From contig CAWDVW010000007.1 in the NCBI GenBank assembly GCA_963805855.1, forward strand, positions 608,001-672,000: a stretch of DNA of 64,000 nt, written 5' to 3'. Of the stretch, positions 51,119-62,814 are shown in pieces; position 1 is the stretch's first letter, and each line of letters opens with the position of its first letter. The position numbers and the translations under genes are program-made. The stretch comes from Candidatus Dadabacteria bacterium. Its GTDB lineage: Bacteria; Desulfobacterota_D; UBA1144; Nemesobacterales; CSP1-2. The notes under the pieces were generated by a model, which saw only the letters and a list, made by a program, of their open reading frames with translations, was not told the DNA's origin and ran no database searches.

Positions 51119-52018
51119 CTATATCCTTATTGGCATAGGAGTAAAACACCCAATGAATATAAACAACGCTACCAGGCTGAGGAACTTTCTCTTTCCATCA
51201 AGCTGAATATCGTCGTACATTGTCGGAGGATGCCGGGTCCCCATAAACGTCAGAAGAACGGCCCACATTAACCATCCTGCCCATCCCTCGAAGTTAAGAA
51301 TATCTTTGTAGCTATAAAGAGCAGTTCCCTCTAAATAAGACTGAATATGTTGAATTATGGGCTGCGTACCCAAACCAAATAAAAGAAGAACCAGGATAAT
51401 CATAATGGAGGTCCGCTGGTGCCACTTTTTCGAAAAAATGGAATACATGATGTGTCCACCGTCAAGCTGTCCGGCAGGTATTAAATTAAGAGCCGTTACA
51501 AAAAGACCGATCCACCCGGCAAAGGCCACTGGATGAAGAAGCAGATCATAACCATCCGGAATTTTGCCAATTATGCTGTCTGAAATTAAAGAGAATATCA
51601 GAGGAGATCCAAGCGTTAGTCCTTTGTCCAACGAGTTGCTCCCTGATTCAACCACGCTTGATAGTTTTATACCGACAATGATAACGGGGATGGCCGCGAT
51701 TATTCCAGCGATTGGTCCGGCTATCCCAATGTCAAACAGCGCTCTTTTTGTTGATATAGGGGATTTAATCTTTATAAAGGCACCAAATGTTCCGATGGGA
51801 GATACTATGGGCGGAGCAGGAATGAAATAAGGCGGTGTAATGTTAACTCCATATTTCCTTCCATACAAAAAGTGTCCCATCTCATGTGTACCAAGAATGA
51901 AAATAAGGGCTGCAGAAAACGATATCCCGCTGGATATACTCCCACCCTGAAAGAATCCCGAAATGAAAGTCGTGACAAGGGTTGTTAGAAACAATATTAC
52001 ATGGATTCTTTTGATCAT
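51119..52018 (-). CDS. Site-2 (M50) intramembrane protease
   Basis: HEMGH, IGTFGAFI, AGPIAG, NLIPAGQLDGGH. Confidence 0.9.
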   Translation of the reverse strand: MIKRIHVILFLTTLVTTFISGFFQGGSISSGISFSAALIFILGTHEMGHFLYGRKYGVNITPPYFIPAPPIVSPIGTFGAFIKIKSPISTKRALFDIGIAGPIAGIIAAIPVIIVGIKLSSVVESGSNSLDKGLTLGSPLIFSLISDSIIGKIPDGYDLLLHPVAFAGWIGLFVTALNLIPAGQLDGGHIMYSIFSKKWHQRTSIMIILVLLLFGLGTQPIIQHIQSYLEGTALYSYKDILNFEGWAGWLMWAVLLTFMGTRHPPTMYDDIQLDGKRKFLSLVALFIFIGCFTPMPIRI

Positions 52019-52134
52019 AGTTCTATTTCAAAAAGTGATTAAGGCTTGAGGAGTTATTGGCCGTAAATATAACTAAATCAATTTAGAGTTTAAAGATATA
52101 CCCTGCGTAATATGAACCTGTTGAATAGAGACTA

Positions 52135-54429
52135 CTAAAACTCTAACAGGGCTGGATCTATTGATTCAACTACATCGCTCAAGTAACCCTTAATCTCGCT
52201 CAATTTCCTCTCACCTAGTATCGTCGATCGCACATCCCCCAAAAGACCTTTGTCTATTCGCTTGGACAGGAATTTTATAACCGGTGCGCGCGAAGGGGAG
52301 ACGCTCAGATTATTGTAACCTATTGAAACCAATGCCAGTGCCCCAGCAGGCGTTCCCGCCATCTCTCCGCAGACCGAGGTCTCCTTTCCCATAGAAGCCA
52401 GGTTCTGGTAAATATCGTCGAGCATCCTGAGAACGGAGGGGTGAAATTCAGAGTACAAATGGCCGACCACATTGGAATTCCTGTCCACCGCAAGCAGATA
52501 TTGGATTAAATCGTTAGTGCCGACAGATACAAAATCAATCAGGTCTCTATAATCATTAAATTGATAAAGCATTCCGGGTACCTCCATCATCACCCCCAGC
52601 TTAGGTAATTCTGATTCAGCGATTCCAACTTCGTTACCTATCTCCTCAATCAGACTCTTCGCCGTTTCCACCTCCCATACGTTAGATATCATGGGTAGAA
52701 GGATTCTGATTAGATGACCTTTTTTCATAGTAAATAAGATTGACCTGATCTGCTCGCGAAAATGTTCAAGGTATTCCATCGAGAATCTGATCGCTCTGAG
52801 ACCCAAAAGGGGGTTCTCTTCTTTTGGAAAATCAAAATATGATAAGGTCTTATCAGCGCCGATATCAAGAGTTCTAATCGTTATGTAGCCCTCAAAGTGT
52901 TTGGCAATATTCTCATATATACCCACCTGTTCCACCACGCCAGGCCATTTTTTAAATTGGGCAAAAGAAAATTCTGTTCTATAGAGACCAACATCTTTTA
53001 ATCTGTGCAGCTTGGCTATCTCCACATCAATGGGAAATGCTATATTTGCTGAAAGTTTTATGGGGAAACTATCGCTATCAGCTTTCGCCCCCTCCCTTTC
53101 AATTAATTCTTTGAGGTTGATGTGCTTCCGATAATTGTTTTCATATTCAGATACGAGACTATCGTCAGGGTTTGAGAAGATAAATCCTGTTTTTCCGTCC
53201 ACAATGAGCCTGTCGCCCGGCTTTAGCAGGCTGCAGATATTGTCAATCCCGACTACGGCGGGAATCCCAAATGACTTTGCAATAATAACGGCATGCGAAG
53301 TCTCTCCCCCCTTTTCAGTAATTATTGCCGAAACCCTATCTCTATCCAACATTGCCAGGAATGACGGACCGAGGTCATGTGCAACAATTATGGAACCATC
53401 GCTGATTCCATGCGCCAGATGTTCTTCTCCAATTGACGTCATAAGTTCGTGAAGAATCTTCTCGCCTATATCACGAAAGTCTTGAGCCCGCTCCTTTAGG
53501 TATTTATCATCAAGCCTTTCAAAGTCCGCCGCTACAGATTCTATCCCTTCGACAACAGCTTGCTCGGCTGAGACCCTTTTCCCCGCGAGCTTTTCCAAGA
53601 TAGCGTTTCTAAACCTAGAATCCTTCAGTATCAATAAATGCGCATTGAAAATATCAATCTCACTATCAGACAAGACACCCCTGGCCTTAAGATGGTTTAT
53701 AAGATCCTTGAAATCCTTCTCCACATTTGAAAATGCTTTTGATAGCCGTGATTTCTCTACTCTTATGGGAGAAACTGGTAGCTTATTGGCTTGTACGTGT
53801 TGAAAAAGGCCTGTAAAAATATATGCTTTACCGTAGGCAACCCCACCTGATACCCCCTTGCCCTGATAGGTTATAGTTTTATGTTTAATAATGGAAGGCG
53901 GTTTAACTCTATCGAGTCTATCGGCAACTTCCAAAAGTCCCGCAAGCCTTGATGCGATGATCTGAAATAGTGTCTCTTCCGCTGGATTTATTAGCCTCTT
54001 GTCTTTTGTCTGGCCTACTAAAACACCCAAGCACCTGTTTTGAAGTATGATCGGAACACCTATGAAACTTTCAAACTCTTCCTCCCCAATTTCTTCAAAA
54101 TATTTATAGCGCGGGTGCGCGGACGCCGGCATGACAATCAAGGTTCTTCGCGTTTCATAGACCAATCCAGTAAGGCCCTCTTCGGGCTTTAAACTAACGG
54201 GATTGCCAGGATCTATAATCAAACCTTTAGTAGATCGTAAGAATAGTTCTCTCTTATCATCATCCCAAATGTAAACCGAGACTACATCGAAGTGAAGCGA
54301 ATCGCTAATTTTATTGACGACACCATTTAGGATGATGTTAAGTCCGACCGCCTGATTTACAAGATCGCTGATTTCATGGACAATCTTAAGATGGTAATCT
54401 GCCCTCTCGATTGCTATGTTTTCTTTCAT
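52135..54429 (-). CDS. ptsP: GAF-domain PEP-protein phosphotransferase (EI-Ntr)
   Basis: N-terminal GAF, TSHAVI phospho-His, GLYRTEF, RTLDIGADK, SVGTNDL, CGEMAG. Confidence 0.92.
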   Translation of the reverse strand: MKENIAIERADYHLKIVHEISDLVNQAVGLNIILNGVVNKISDSLHFDVVSVYIWDDDKRELFLRSTKGLIIDPGNPVSLKPEEGLTGLVYETRRTLIVMPASAHPRYKYFEEIGEEEFESFIGVPIILQNRCLGVLVGQTKDKRLINPAEETLFQIIASRLAGLLEVADRLDRVKPPSIIKHKTITYQGKGVSGGVAYGKAYIFTGLFQHVQANKLPVSPIRVEKSRLSKAFSNVEKDFKDLINHLKARGVLSDSEIDIFNAHLLILKDSRFRNAILEKLAGKRVSAEQAVVEGIESVAADFERLDDKYLKERAQDFRDIGEKILHELMTSIGEEHLAHGISDGSIIVAHDLGPSFLAMLDRDRVSAIITEKGGETSHAVIIAKSFGIPAVVGIDNICSLLKPGDRLIVDGKTGFIFSNPDDSLVSEYENNYRKHINLKELIEREGAKADSDSFPIKLSANIAFPIDVEIAKLHRLKDVGLYRTEFSFAQFKKWPGVVEQVGIYENIAKHFEGYITIRTLDIGADKTLSYFDFPKEENPLLGLRAIRFSMEYLEHFREQIRSILFTMKKGHLIRILLPMISNVWEVETAKSLIEEIGNEVGIAESELPKLGVMMEVPGMLYQFNDYRDLIDFVSVGTNDLIQYLLAVDRNSNVVGHLYSEFHPSVLRMLDDIYQNLASMGKETSVCGEMAGTPAGALALVSIGYNNLSVSPSRAPVIKFLSKRIDKGLLGDVRSTILGERKLSEIKGYLSDVVESIDPALLEF

Positions 54430-54752
54430 AAGATAGAGACTAAAAACTGGGTCCGACGACAAAAACTCTGAGATCCTAAAACATATTATACCGAAAAGAA
54501 ATATTTAGTGTATCTCATCCAAAATCACTGAAACTCCACACAAGCTTAGTAATTAACAAATGCACTAAAATATTGAAAAAACAAAAATGTAACATTCAAG
54601 AAAAGGTTGTCGGAAGCATTGACTTTTTTTTATAGGTGATATAATTAACAAGTCTTTTCCATCTATTGATCAATAAACCGTTGTGAGATTTGCTAATTAA
54701 ATTTAATGCGTACAAGAAAAGTGATCAAATATTTGTCAGTACAGAGTCCAGT

Positions 54753-55466
54753 ATGTCCACGAACAAATTAACAGCAATAGTAATTGAGAAGAAATTCATT
54801 ACAGATAACCTCATGGTTATTAAAATTAAGCCGAATTCTCCGTTCGTTTTTAGACCGGGCCAATATTGTACCGTGGGTTTCAACGGAAGTGAAAGACCAT
54901 ATTCTATCGTATCAGCACCACATGAGGAATATATAGAGTTATTTGTTGAGTTAGTACGAGACGGCACACTGACCCCAGGTTTACGGAAGGTTAACTCTGG
55001 AGATATTATTAACATCAGACCAAGGGCAAAGGGAATATTTACCCTTGACGACAATTATGATAACCATTTCATGATTGCAACAGTTACTGGCATCGCTCCC
55101 ATACTAAGTATGATAAGAGATTCATTACACCACGGTGTGAATCCACATAAATTTTATATAATTCACGGAGCAAGCTTCGAAAAAGAGCTTGCATACAGGG
55201 TTGAATTGGAAAACCTATCAACGATACACGATGATATATTTTATACGCCGACAGTGAGCAGGCCCCATGATCCCGAAAACAACCGATGGGAGGGCGAAAC
55301 TGGCAGGGTCAATAGTATTTTTTATAAATACATTGATAAATTTTCTCTGAGTCATGAAAATACATTAATATACGCCTGCGGACACCCCGAAATGGTCGAA
55401 GATGTTAAGGCGCAGGCAAGGGGAAAAGGATTCATGGTCAAAGTCGAAAAATACTGGAGCAATTAG
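54753..55466 (+). CDS. fpr: Ferredoxin/flavodoxin-NADP+ reductase
   Basis: FRPGQY, RPYSIVS, ATVTGIAP, CGHPEMV, EKYW. Confidence 0.85.
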   Translation: MSTNKLTAIVIEKKFITDNLMVIKIKPNSPFVFRPGQYCTVGFNGSERPYSIVSAPHEEYIELFVELVRDGTLTPGLRKVNSGDIINIRPRAKGIFTLDDNYDNHFMIATVTGIAPILSMIRDSLHHGVNPHKFYIIHGASFEKELAYRVELENLSTIHDDIFYTPTVSRPHDPENNRWEGETGRVNSIFYKYIDKFSLSHENTLIYACGHPEMVEDVKAQARGKGFMVKVEKYWSN

Positions 55467-55640
55467 AAACTTATCATTAAAATCGTGAGGAATTCAATCG
55501 CAACATAAAGATTCGAATTGAATCCGATAATCAAGAAGTTCCGATTGAGTAAATCATGAACATACGCACTTTTAAGTGTCGTACCTCTCGAATCAACAGG
55601 AAATAATTAAGACAGATTATCGACAACTTCTTATCATTGA

Positions 55641-57662
55641 TCATCCTGTTTTCGGAAGCAAATAAACCTGCTTCCGTATTGGATCTGCCTTCACTACGGT
55701 CAGCTTCAATTGCTCGCCTTCGTTTAAAACCGTCTCCGAATTAAGAGAGATTGGTACTTCCAAAAGGTAATCCGGAAGATAAACAGAAGCACCGGAGCCG
55801 GTCAAAGAGCTAATTATTCCCCTTATATCCTCTCCCTGAAGGTTTCTTATGTGTTTAAATACCCAGTACTTTTCTCTGGATTTTTCAACCATCTTTTTTT
55901 CACGAAGCCCAAAATCAACGTAATGGAATATACTCTCGAGCTCTTCTATTGTGTAATACAACCCGCTTCCATCGAGAAAACTACACAATTGCCTTTGTAA
56001 AACCAAATCTAGATATCTCCTGATGGGAGAGGTTATCTGTAAGTAGACATCCAACCCGAGTAGCATGTGCGGCTCCGGCGAGTTTCCAATTCTTGACGGT
56101 CTCAGAAATCTCACCGCCCTCAAAGGGAACAACGGATCTTCTTCGTCAAGTTCCCTAGCTTCTTTAGATATAGGGTCTGGCTGAGAGCGAAAGATTGCAG
56201 GGATGTCATTTATCTTGAAAAACCTTGCTGCTAACCAATTCATGAGAATCATAAACTCGGTAACAACTCTGTGGGCGGTAGTATTCATATAATTCTTTCT
56301 AATTTCTACCTTACCATTCTCATTTAACTTAATCTTCAGATCGGGAAGCTCCAGTATAAACGCACCCGATTCCACTCTTCTTTTTCTGAGGTTAAAAGCT
56401 ATATCGATTAGTTTGGAGCCATTCTCATATCCGGATAAGGCTTCTTCCGCATTTTTGTAACTGAGATTTCGATGTACATGGATTTTCGATTTAGTAAACC
56501 TGTAATGCTTAATTTTTAAATTTTCGTCAAATAAGACCAGCAGTGAAATTGCTTTTTTTGGGGATCCCTCCGTGAGGCTGAATTTCGTACTTACCAAATT
56601 CAGCGGGAACATATGTATATTTCCTTCAGGGAGATAAATTGTTTCACCTCTGCTCTTTGCCTCTTCATCTAACTGACTCCATCTGGGCACATAACTAGCA
56701 ACATCAGAAATGTGAACACCAACAATAAATCCCTCAGAGACTCTCTGTATTGAAATAGCGTCGTCTATGTCAAGCGTGCCCTCATCATCAATAGTGAATG
56801 TTTCAACACTTGTTAGATCCTCCCTTCCTTCAAAACCAGCATTACGGTTTATAATCGCTGAAACTTCATCAGCTATGCGCTGGGAAAAACCGGCCTTGAG
56901 ACCCAGCCTTTCAATCAAAGGATCTTCATCTTCATTCCACTTTCCGGCTTTTATAAGAAACTCGAGTGCATCTTCTATGCTTCTTATACCTATCTCAGAA
57001 AGAAATGATTTGGCATCTGCGGATTTTTCATATCTCTCGAGATACACTACATATCCCTTGATCAGTTCAAGGTATCTTTCGGCAAATTTTGCTTCCGCCC
57101 CCTCTTCATCTACACCTTTTATGACACCCCTTGCCCACTTTACGGCCAACTCACGTTCAACACGCTTCTTCTTCTCAGTCTCCTTACGTTGAACCGCATC
57201 TTCTACTTCCCCTGCCGTTCTGGGCGTATACCCACCGTCATCATTACTGAAATAAATGTCATCCTTTTCCAGTGCCCAAAAAAGCAGAAGTGCCTCATCG
57301 TCACGAATGTTATCTTTATCACTTTCTCCAAAATAAATATCGACCATTTGCTCCAGGGTTAAAAGATTTGTAGATTCATAGACACATTCCCAGAGGGTTT
57401 TTAAATCTACTGCTGCTTGGCTATCTTCGAGCTTTTTCCTGATCGTCCTAAGCCGGAGTTTTTTCTCTGAGAGAGTCAATTCATTCTCACACTTAATCCC
57501 TGTGGACAGCACTACCCTTCTCATATCCAGATCTAGCTCATTTCCGTCTTCTGTAAGTACCGATAGCTTCTCGGCGACATTTTTTCTTGCCAACCCCAAT
57601 GAGAGATCCTTTCTTTTTCTGAATACAACCAACTCATGAACAACAGGATTCTTTCTAATCAT
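55641..57662 (-). CDS. RNB-domain exoribonuclease (RNase II/R family)
   Basis: TIDDEGTLDIDDA, VHISDV, EFMIL, TSPIRRYLDL. Confidence 0.92.
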   Translation of the reverse strand: MIRKNPVVHELVVFRKRKDLSLGLARKNVAEKLSVLTEDGNELDLDMRRVVLSTGIKCENELTLSEKKLRLRTIRKKLEDSQAAVDLKTLWECVYESTNLLTLEQMVDIYFGESDKDNIRDDEALLLFWALEKDDIYFSNDDGGYTPRTAGEVEDAVQRKETEKKKRVERELAVKWARGVIKGVDEEGAEAKFAERYLELIKGYVVYLERYEKSADAKSFLSEIGIRSIEDALEFLIKAGKWNEDEDPLIERLGLKAGFSQRIADEVSAIINRNAGFEGREDLTSVETFTIDDEGTLDIDDAISIQRVSEGFIVGVHISDVASYVPRWSQLDEEAKSRGETIYLPEGNIHMFPLNLVSTKFSLTEGSPKKAISLLVLFDENLKIKHYRFTKSKIHVHRNLSYKNAEEALSGYENGSKLIDIAFNLRKRRVESGAFILELPDLKIKLNENGKVEIRKNYMNTTAHRVVTEFMILMNWLAARFFKINDIPAIFRSQPDPISKEARELDEEDPLFPLRAVRFLRPSRIGNSPEPHMLLGLDVYLQITSPIRRYLDLVLQRQLCSFLDGSGLYYTIEELESIFHYVDFGLREKKMVEKSREKYWVFKHIRNLQGEDIRGIISSLTGSGASVYLPDYLLEVPISLNSETVLNEGEQLKLTVVKADPIRKQVYLLPKTG

Positions 57663-57742
57663 CTTGCAATCTTACGAGAAACATTTTTTTGCTTATTTTA
57701 CGAAGAAGATTCTTGTGCATACAAGATATTGCACTTTAAATC

Positions 57743-59356
57743 TTAAAAAGAAAGTGAGGATTTATACTCTAGTGCAACCCTTACAAAATCTCTAAAGAGG
57801 GGGCTTGGGTTTATTGGCGTAGACTTAAATTCCGGGTGAAACTGACATCCCACAAACCAAGGGTGGTTTTGTAACTCTATTATCTCCACTAATTTCCCAT
57901 CCGGTGAAAGACCACTTAGAACCATACCATTCTTCTCGAAAATTTCCCGGTATTCATTATTAATTTCGTACCTATGTCTATGACGTTCAGATATCTCATC
58001 TGTCTTGTATGCGCTGTGTGCCAGTGTCCCTGATTTTAACGAGCAAACGTAAGCACCAAGCCTCATGGTGCCCCCTTTATCTTTTATCGACCTTTGTTGT
58101 TCCATAAGGTCGACGACCGGGAAGGGTGCGTCAGGAGCAAACTCAATCGTATGGGCACCGGTCAGTCCACACATGTTTCTTGCGTATTCAACTACCGCCA
58201 TCTGCATCCCGAGGCAGATTCCGAAAAAGGGCACCCTTCGTTCTCTGGCAAACGTCACTGCCTGGATTTTACCTTCGAAGCCCCTTGTACCGAATCCTCC
58301 GGGGACCAAAATTCCATGCACGTCACCAAGCAATGATTCCGTTCCATCTGATTCGATTTCCTCAGAGTCCACGTATTTAACGTTAACCCGTGAATCATTT
58401 GCTATCCCACTATGCGATAACGCTTCATGAAGGCTCTTATAAGAATCATTATGACTTACATATTTACCCACAACCCCAATCGTTACATCCGACTTCGGGT
58501 TTTTGAGTTTTTCAACTATCTCTTTCCATTTCTTTATATCTGGTTTTCTGGTCCACATATTTAAAGATTCAACTATTATCTCATCAAGCCCTTCCCTGTG
58601 GAAAATTAAGGGGACCTCGTAAATCGTATCAACATCTTTTGCACTTATGACAGCTTGAATCTTTACATTGCAAAAAAGCGCAATCTTCTCTTTTATAGCA
58701 TTTGGAAGAAATCTATCGGTTCTGCAGAGTAGCACATCTGGCTGAATTCCAATCTGAAGCAAGTCTTTAACGCTATGTTGCGTTGGCTTGGTCTTCAGCT
58801 CTCCCGCTGGAGCTACAAAAGGCACATACGTAAGATGAACAAAGAGGGTATTCACCCGTCCCAGGTCAGCCCTTAACTGCCTTACGGCTTCAAGAAACGG
58901 GAGACTTTCTATATCTCCCACGGTTCCTCCAATTTCTACAATTACAACATCTACGTCTTTTGCTATATCCAGTATGCAAGATTTAATTTCATCTGTTATA
59001 TGTGGGATTACCTGAACGGTAGCACCTAGATATTCACCTTCCCGTTCCTTGGTTATTACAGAATTATATATCTGCCCAGATGTAAAATTGTTCTTGCTTG
59101 TGAGATTTGCATGAGTAAAACGCTGATAGTGTCCAAGGTCTAAATCTGTTTCTGCGCCGTCATCGGTAACATAAACTTCGCCATGCTGTAATGGATTCAT
59201 GGTACCTGGATCGATGTTCAGATAGGGATCGAGTTTTTGAAGTGTCACCCTCAATCCACGGCTCTCAAGAAGTGCACCAATGGATGCGGCTGCGAGGCCT
59301 TTCCCAAGGGAGGACATCACACCGCCTGTCACAAAAATAAATTTTGTCTTTTTCAT
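57743..59356 (-). CDS. pyrG: CTP synthase
   Basis: [33 protein letters not shown]. Confidence 0.98.
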   Translation of the reverse strand: MKKTKFIFVTGGVMSSLGKGLAAASIGALLESRGLRVTLQKLDPYLNIDPGTMNPLQHGEVYVTDDGAETDLDLGHYQRFTHANLTSKNNFTSGQIYNSVITKEREGEYLGATVQVIPHITDEIKSCILDIAKDVDVVIVEIGGTVGDIESLPFLEAVRQLRADLGRVNTLFVHLTYVPFVAPAGELKTKPTQHSVKDLLQIGIQPDVLLCRTDRFLPNAIKEKIALFCNVKIQAVISAKDVDTIYEVPLIFHREGLDEIIVESLNMWTRKPDIKKWKEIVEKLKNPKSDVTIGVVGKYVSHNDSYKSLHEALSHSGIANDSRVNVKYVDSEEIESDGTESLLGDVHGILVPGGFGTRGFEGKIQAVTFARERRVPFFGICLGMQMAVVEYARNMCGLTGAHTIEFAPDAPFPVVDLMEQQRSIKDKGGTMRLGAYVCSLKSGTLAHSAYKTDEISERHRHRYEINNEYREIFEKNGMVLSGLSPDGKLVEIIELQNHPWFVGCQFHPEFKSTPINPSPLFRDFVRVALEYKSSLSF

Positions 59357-59500
59357 TAGGCCTTATGCAAATTGTGAAGTAGATTGCCACCGTATACAGC
59401 AACTAACATTAATATATTCAATACTAAAAAATCATGCAAATCGTTGCATTTAAACCGAATCAAATCACGATCTACTAAAATCGGCATCGCAAATTAGAGA

Positions 59501-60106
59501 CTACTCACATAGAAGCTTCTTTAGATCTCTTACCGCCCGCGCCCTGTGGCTTATCTGATTTTTTTCATCTAAGGTGAGTTCAGCCATGGTTTTATTTAAA
59601 TCTTTTGAGAAGAAGACAGGATCGTAGCCAAACCCGCTGGTACCTCTAGGCTTATGAAGAATTATTCCTTCGCACCGGCCTTCAGCTATCACCTGTCTTC
59701 CATCTGGAAAAACCAGGGCAAGGCTACAGACAAAGCAGGCCTTTCTATTGGGTTTATTAATCAGTTGCAAGAGTAGTTTCGCGATGTTTTCTTCATCACT
59801 TGATCTCTCTCCTGCAAATCTTGACGAAAAAATTCCCGGTTTGCCGTCGAGGACTTCGACTTCAAGTCCGGAATCATCGGCTAGACATATTTTATCTGTC
59901 AGTAAACTTATATGACGCGCCTTCTTAATAGCATTCTCCGAGTAAGTATTCCCATCTTCGATTACATTGTATACAGAATCTAACTCGCACAAGGAGGACA
60001 TTTTCTTTACGAGGCCTCCCAGCAGTATCTTGAATTCTTTGATCTTTCCTGCGTTTCTAGAAGCGAGTATGACTTCGTCCAGCATGATTGTAAATTGATC
60101 CGACAA
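59501..60106 (-). CDS. rdgB: dITP/XTP pyrophosphatase
   Basis: ASRNAGK, DDSGL, GFGYDP, KNQISHR. Confidence 0.95.
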   Translation of the reverse strand: MSDQFTIMLDEVILASRNAGKIKEFKILLGGLVKKMSSLCELDSVYNVIEDGNTYSENAIKKARHISLLTDKICLADDSGLEVEVLDGKPGIFSSRFAGERSSDEENIAKLLLQLINKPNRKACFVCSLALVFPDGRQVIAEGRCEGIILHKPRGTSGFGYDPVFFSKDLNKTMAELTLDEKNQISHRARAVRDLKKLLCE

Positions 60107-60117
60107 TATTTCTCTCT

Positions 60118-60834
60118 TTACTGAGAAATCGCCTCTTTCTGTTTTCTAATGATCCTTGTAATACCATTTCCTGCAAGATTCAACATTATATCTAACTGCT
60201 CCTTGCTGAATGGTTCTTTTTCCGATGTACCCTGAATCTCGACTATTTTCCCCGATCCAGTCATGGCGACATTCATATCCACCTCGGCGATTGAATCTTC
60301 CTCATAACAAAGATCTAGTATAGGTTTACCTTTCACCAGACCCACACTGACAGCAGCAATGAAATCATTAATCGGGTTTTCGGATATGAGACCCCGTTCT
60401 AATAGATTAAAAACTGCATATGTGAGAGCAACAAAGGCACCGTTTATCGAAGCGGTTCGCGTGCCACCATCAGCTTGAACCACGTCGCAGTCGAGTATAA
60501 TCGATCTTTCCCCGAGTTTATTAAGATCTACTACCGCCCTGATTGCTCGTCCGATTATTCGCTGAATCTCCTGTGATCTACCACCCACCCTACCCCTAAC
60601 AGAATCCCGGGTTGTTCTCGTTTTTGTGGCTCTGGGCAACATAGAGTACTCGCTAGTTATCCATCCCGTACCGGTCCCTTTGAGAAAATTTGGAACACCT
60701 TCCTCTACCGATCCCGAACACAAAACCTTAGTATCTCCCATTTCGATGAATGCCTCACCTTCTGCATACTTCATATTTCCCCTAGTTATTCTCAATGGCC
60801 TCATCTCATTCCACTTTCTTCTGTCTGGACGCAT
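60118..60834 (-). CDS. rph: Ribonuclease PH
   Basis: [32 protein letters not shown]. Confidence 0.97.
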   Translation of the reverse strand: MRPDRRKWNEMRPLRITRGNMKYAEGEAFIEMGDTKVLCSGSVEEGVPNFLKGTGTGWITSEYSMLPRATKTRTTRDSVRGRVGGRSQEIQRIIGRAIRAVVDLNKLGERSIILDCDVVQADGGTRTASINGAFVALTYAVFNLLERGLISENPINDFIAAVSVGLVKGKPILDLCYEEDSIAEVDMNVAMTGSGKIVEIQGTSEKEPFSKEQLDIMLNLAGNGITRIIRKQKEAISQ

Positions 60835-60936
60835 GACCCTAATTTACCTTCTACAAGATCTAATTTTCACGAAATAATAACATATTAGTTTGACATAAAT
60901 CAGGAAATCTCTCTGTTGGAATTATTCATAATAAAG

Positions 60937-60964
60937 GTGGAGACGCAAATTTTTGCGTCTCTAC
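60937..60964. repeat. GTAG-type REP-like hairpin; possible terminator downstream of tmRNA
   Basis: GTGGAGACGCAAA-TT-TTTGCGTCTCTAC. Confidence 0.6.
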
Positions 60965-61040
60965 TACAAAAGATAAATCATTATCGCGATTATGGAATTT
61001 TGAAATTCCTATAAACTTATTAAAAGTAGGATATTAATAC

Positions 61041-61397
61041 TGGTGGAGGCGCTGGGAATCGAACCCAGGTCCGAGAAAGAGCTTCACCCAGCTTCTACAT
61101 GTTTAGCCCAGCATTCTTTTCTCAAAGTGAAATCTCCGATGGGCAGGACTTTCACTTCCAGCTTGAGAATTTGCTTCATCAGTTTATGTCTCAAGCACCA
61201 GCAACTGACTAACCCGTCTAGTCGGCGCCTCATAAAAACCCAACGGGTGAGGCTTTTACAGACGTCACAGCTCTATTTAGGCTGCGAGTGCATTAATTGG
61301 TTCGGCACTTATACGTGCTCTGCCATTTTTACGAGTTAACAGAAGCTCGACATGCTGCTCAAGCTATCCCATTCCCCGTCGAAGCCATTTCGCCCCC
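61041..61397 (-). ncRNA. ssrA: tmRNA; tag peptide AEPINALAA* (61306-61277)
   Basis: 5' GGGGGCGAAATGGCTTCGAC, 3' GGTTCGATTCCCAGCGCCTCCACCA; ATAAGT-GCC resume context; adjacent to smpB. Confidence 0.97.
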
Positions 61398-61527
61398 AAT
61401 TTTGAAAGAACAATAAGCAAATTCCAAATCTCAAATTAAGAAAATCATTTACGCCGATCTTTATTTGTAATTTGGAGCTTGCAACTTAATATTCAACGTA
61501 CAAGTATAACTATTGTCAAAAGCAAAC

Positions 61528-61977
61528 TCAATAACGTTTCTTTAAAGCCTTTTCTACCTCTCTTTCTGCGTCGCGCCGCTTTATATCCTCTCGTCTGTCA
61601 AATGATCTTTTTCCCTTAGCAAGGCCCAACTCAACTTTTGCAAGGCCATTTGTGAAATAGATCTTAACGGGTATCAATGTATAACCCCTTATCCGTACCT
61701 TTCCAATGAGTCGATTAATCTCGCTTCTATGAAGTAGTAATTTCCTATCCCTCTCCGGTTCGTGATTAAATATGTTCGCACTTTCGTAAGGGGCTATATA
61801 ACTGTTGATTAAAAACAACTCATCACCTCTTACGATTGCAAAGCTCTCTTTAATACTCGCCTTTCCATCGCGCAGAGATTTAACCTCCGAACCCATAAGT
61901 TCTATTCCAGTTTCATACCTTTCCTCAAGAAAGAAGTCTCTATGCGCTTTGGGATTCTTACAAACGATCTTTTGCAT
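61528..61977 (-). CDS. smpB: SsrA-binding protein
   Basis: GIELMGSEVKSLRDGK, RKLLLH, LAKGK. Confidence 0.97.
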   Translation of the reverse strand: MQKIVCKNPKAHRDFFLEERYETGIELMGSEVKSLRDGKASIKESFAIVRGDELFLINSYIAPYESANIFNHEPERDRKLLLHRSEINRLIGKVRIRGYTLIPVKIYFTNGLAKVELGLAKGKRSFDRREDIKRRDAEREVEKALKKRY

Positions 61978-62275
61978 AAAATTAATATAATGATTGGATT
62001 ATTGAATTCAATTTCCCGACTTTTCCGCGACTTGAAAATCAATCCTATTGTGAGAGATGCTGTCTATGAGAGAATCGTTTTTCAAAACCAGTATTGAAAC
62101 GCAGATGTGTTCCCTGAAATTAGAAGAAAACCTTTTCATTAAAAACGGAGCTCTTTGATTCCTCGTTAATTATATCACAGCCCACAAGGGGATCGGCCAA
62201 ACTGTTAATTAGTATAGCAATATTAACAGTCAGTTACAAATATACATTAGAGTAACTTCTTAGATGTTCCACGAA

Positions 62276-62725
62276 TCAAAAAACCTTGTTACTATCCAAT
62301 AACAATGTGACAGGCCCTGAATTTATCAGATTTACATCCATCACTGCCCCAAATCTACCGGTTTCGACTTTCATCCCCTTTTTCCTTATTTCTTCTACAA
62401 AAAGATCATATAGACTCACTGCAAGTTCGGGGGCAGCGGCTTCATCAAAAGATGGTCTCCTCCCCTTCCTGCAGTCACCATAGAGCGTAAATTGGGAGAC
62501 CACCAAGATCTCACCGCCTTTATCCATAATTGACAGGTTCATTCTTCCCGCATGATCTTCAAAAATTCTTAAACCCAAAACCTTCTCAACCAGGTATTCG
62601 ACGTCCTCAATTGAATCATCACTTTTAATTCCCAATAGCAGAAGTAATCCCTCCCTGATCCTTCCCACGAGTTCTCTGTCAACTTCTACTCGAGCGTGTT
62701 TAACCCTCTGTACAACCAGTCGCAT
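62276..62725 (-). CDS. dtd: D-aminoacyl-tRNA deacylase
   Basis: VVQRV, LRIFED, SQFTL, GRRPSF, NSGPVT. Confidence 0.97.
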   Translation of the reverse strand: MRLVVQRVKHARVEVDRELVGRIREGLLLLLGIKSDDSIEDVEYLVEKVLGLRIFEDHAGRMNLSIMDKGGEILVVSQFTLYGDCRKGRRPSFDEAAAPELAVSLYDLFVEEIRKKGMKVETGRFGAVMDVNLINSGPVTLLLDSNKVF

Positions 62726-62814
62726 GGTGCTATACCTGATTCAATATAAGTAGAATTTCCGAATTAAAAAATTTAATTAACACACAAGATGTCAGTTCCA
62801 CGATATTTTAATAT

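Noticed and set aside
60840-61040. Prophage or integrative element at the tmRNA 3' end
   Set aside because: No integrase or duplicated ssrA 3' end; rph follows directly.
61043-61339. 98-aa + strand ORF
   Set aside because: It is antisense to tmRNA.
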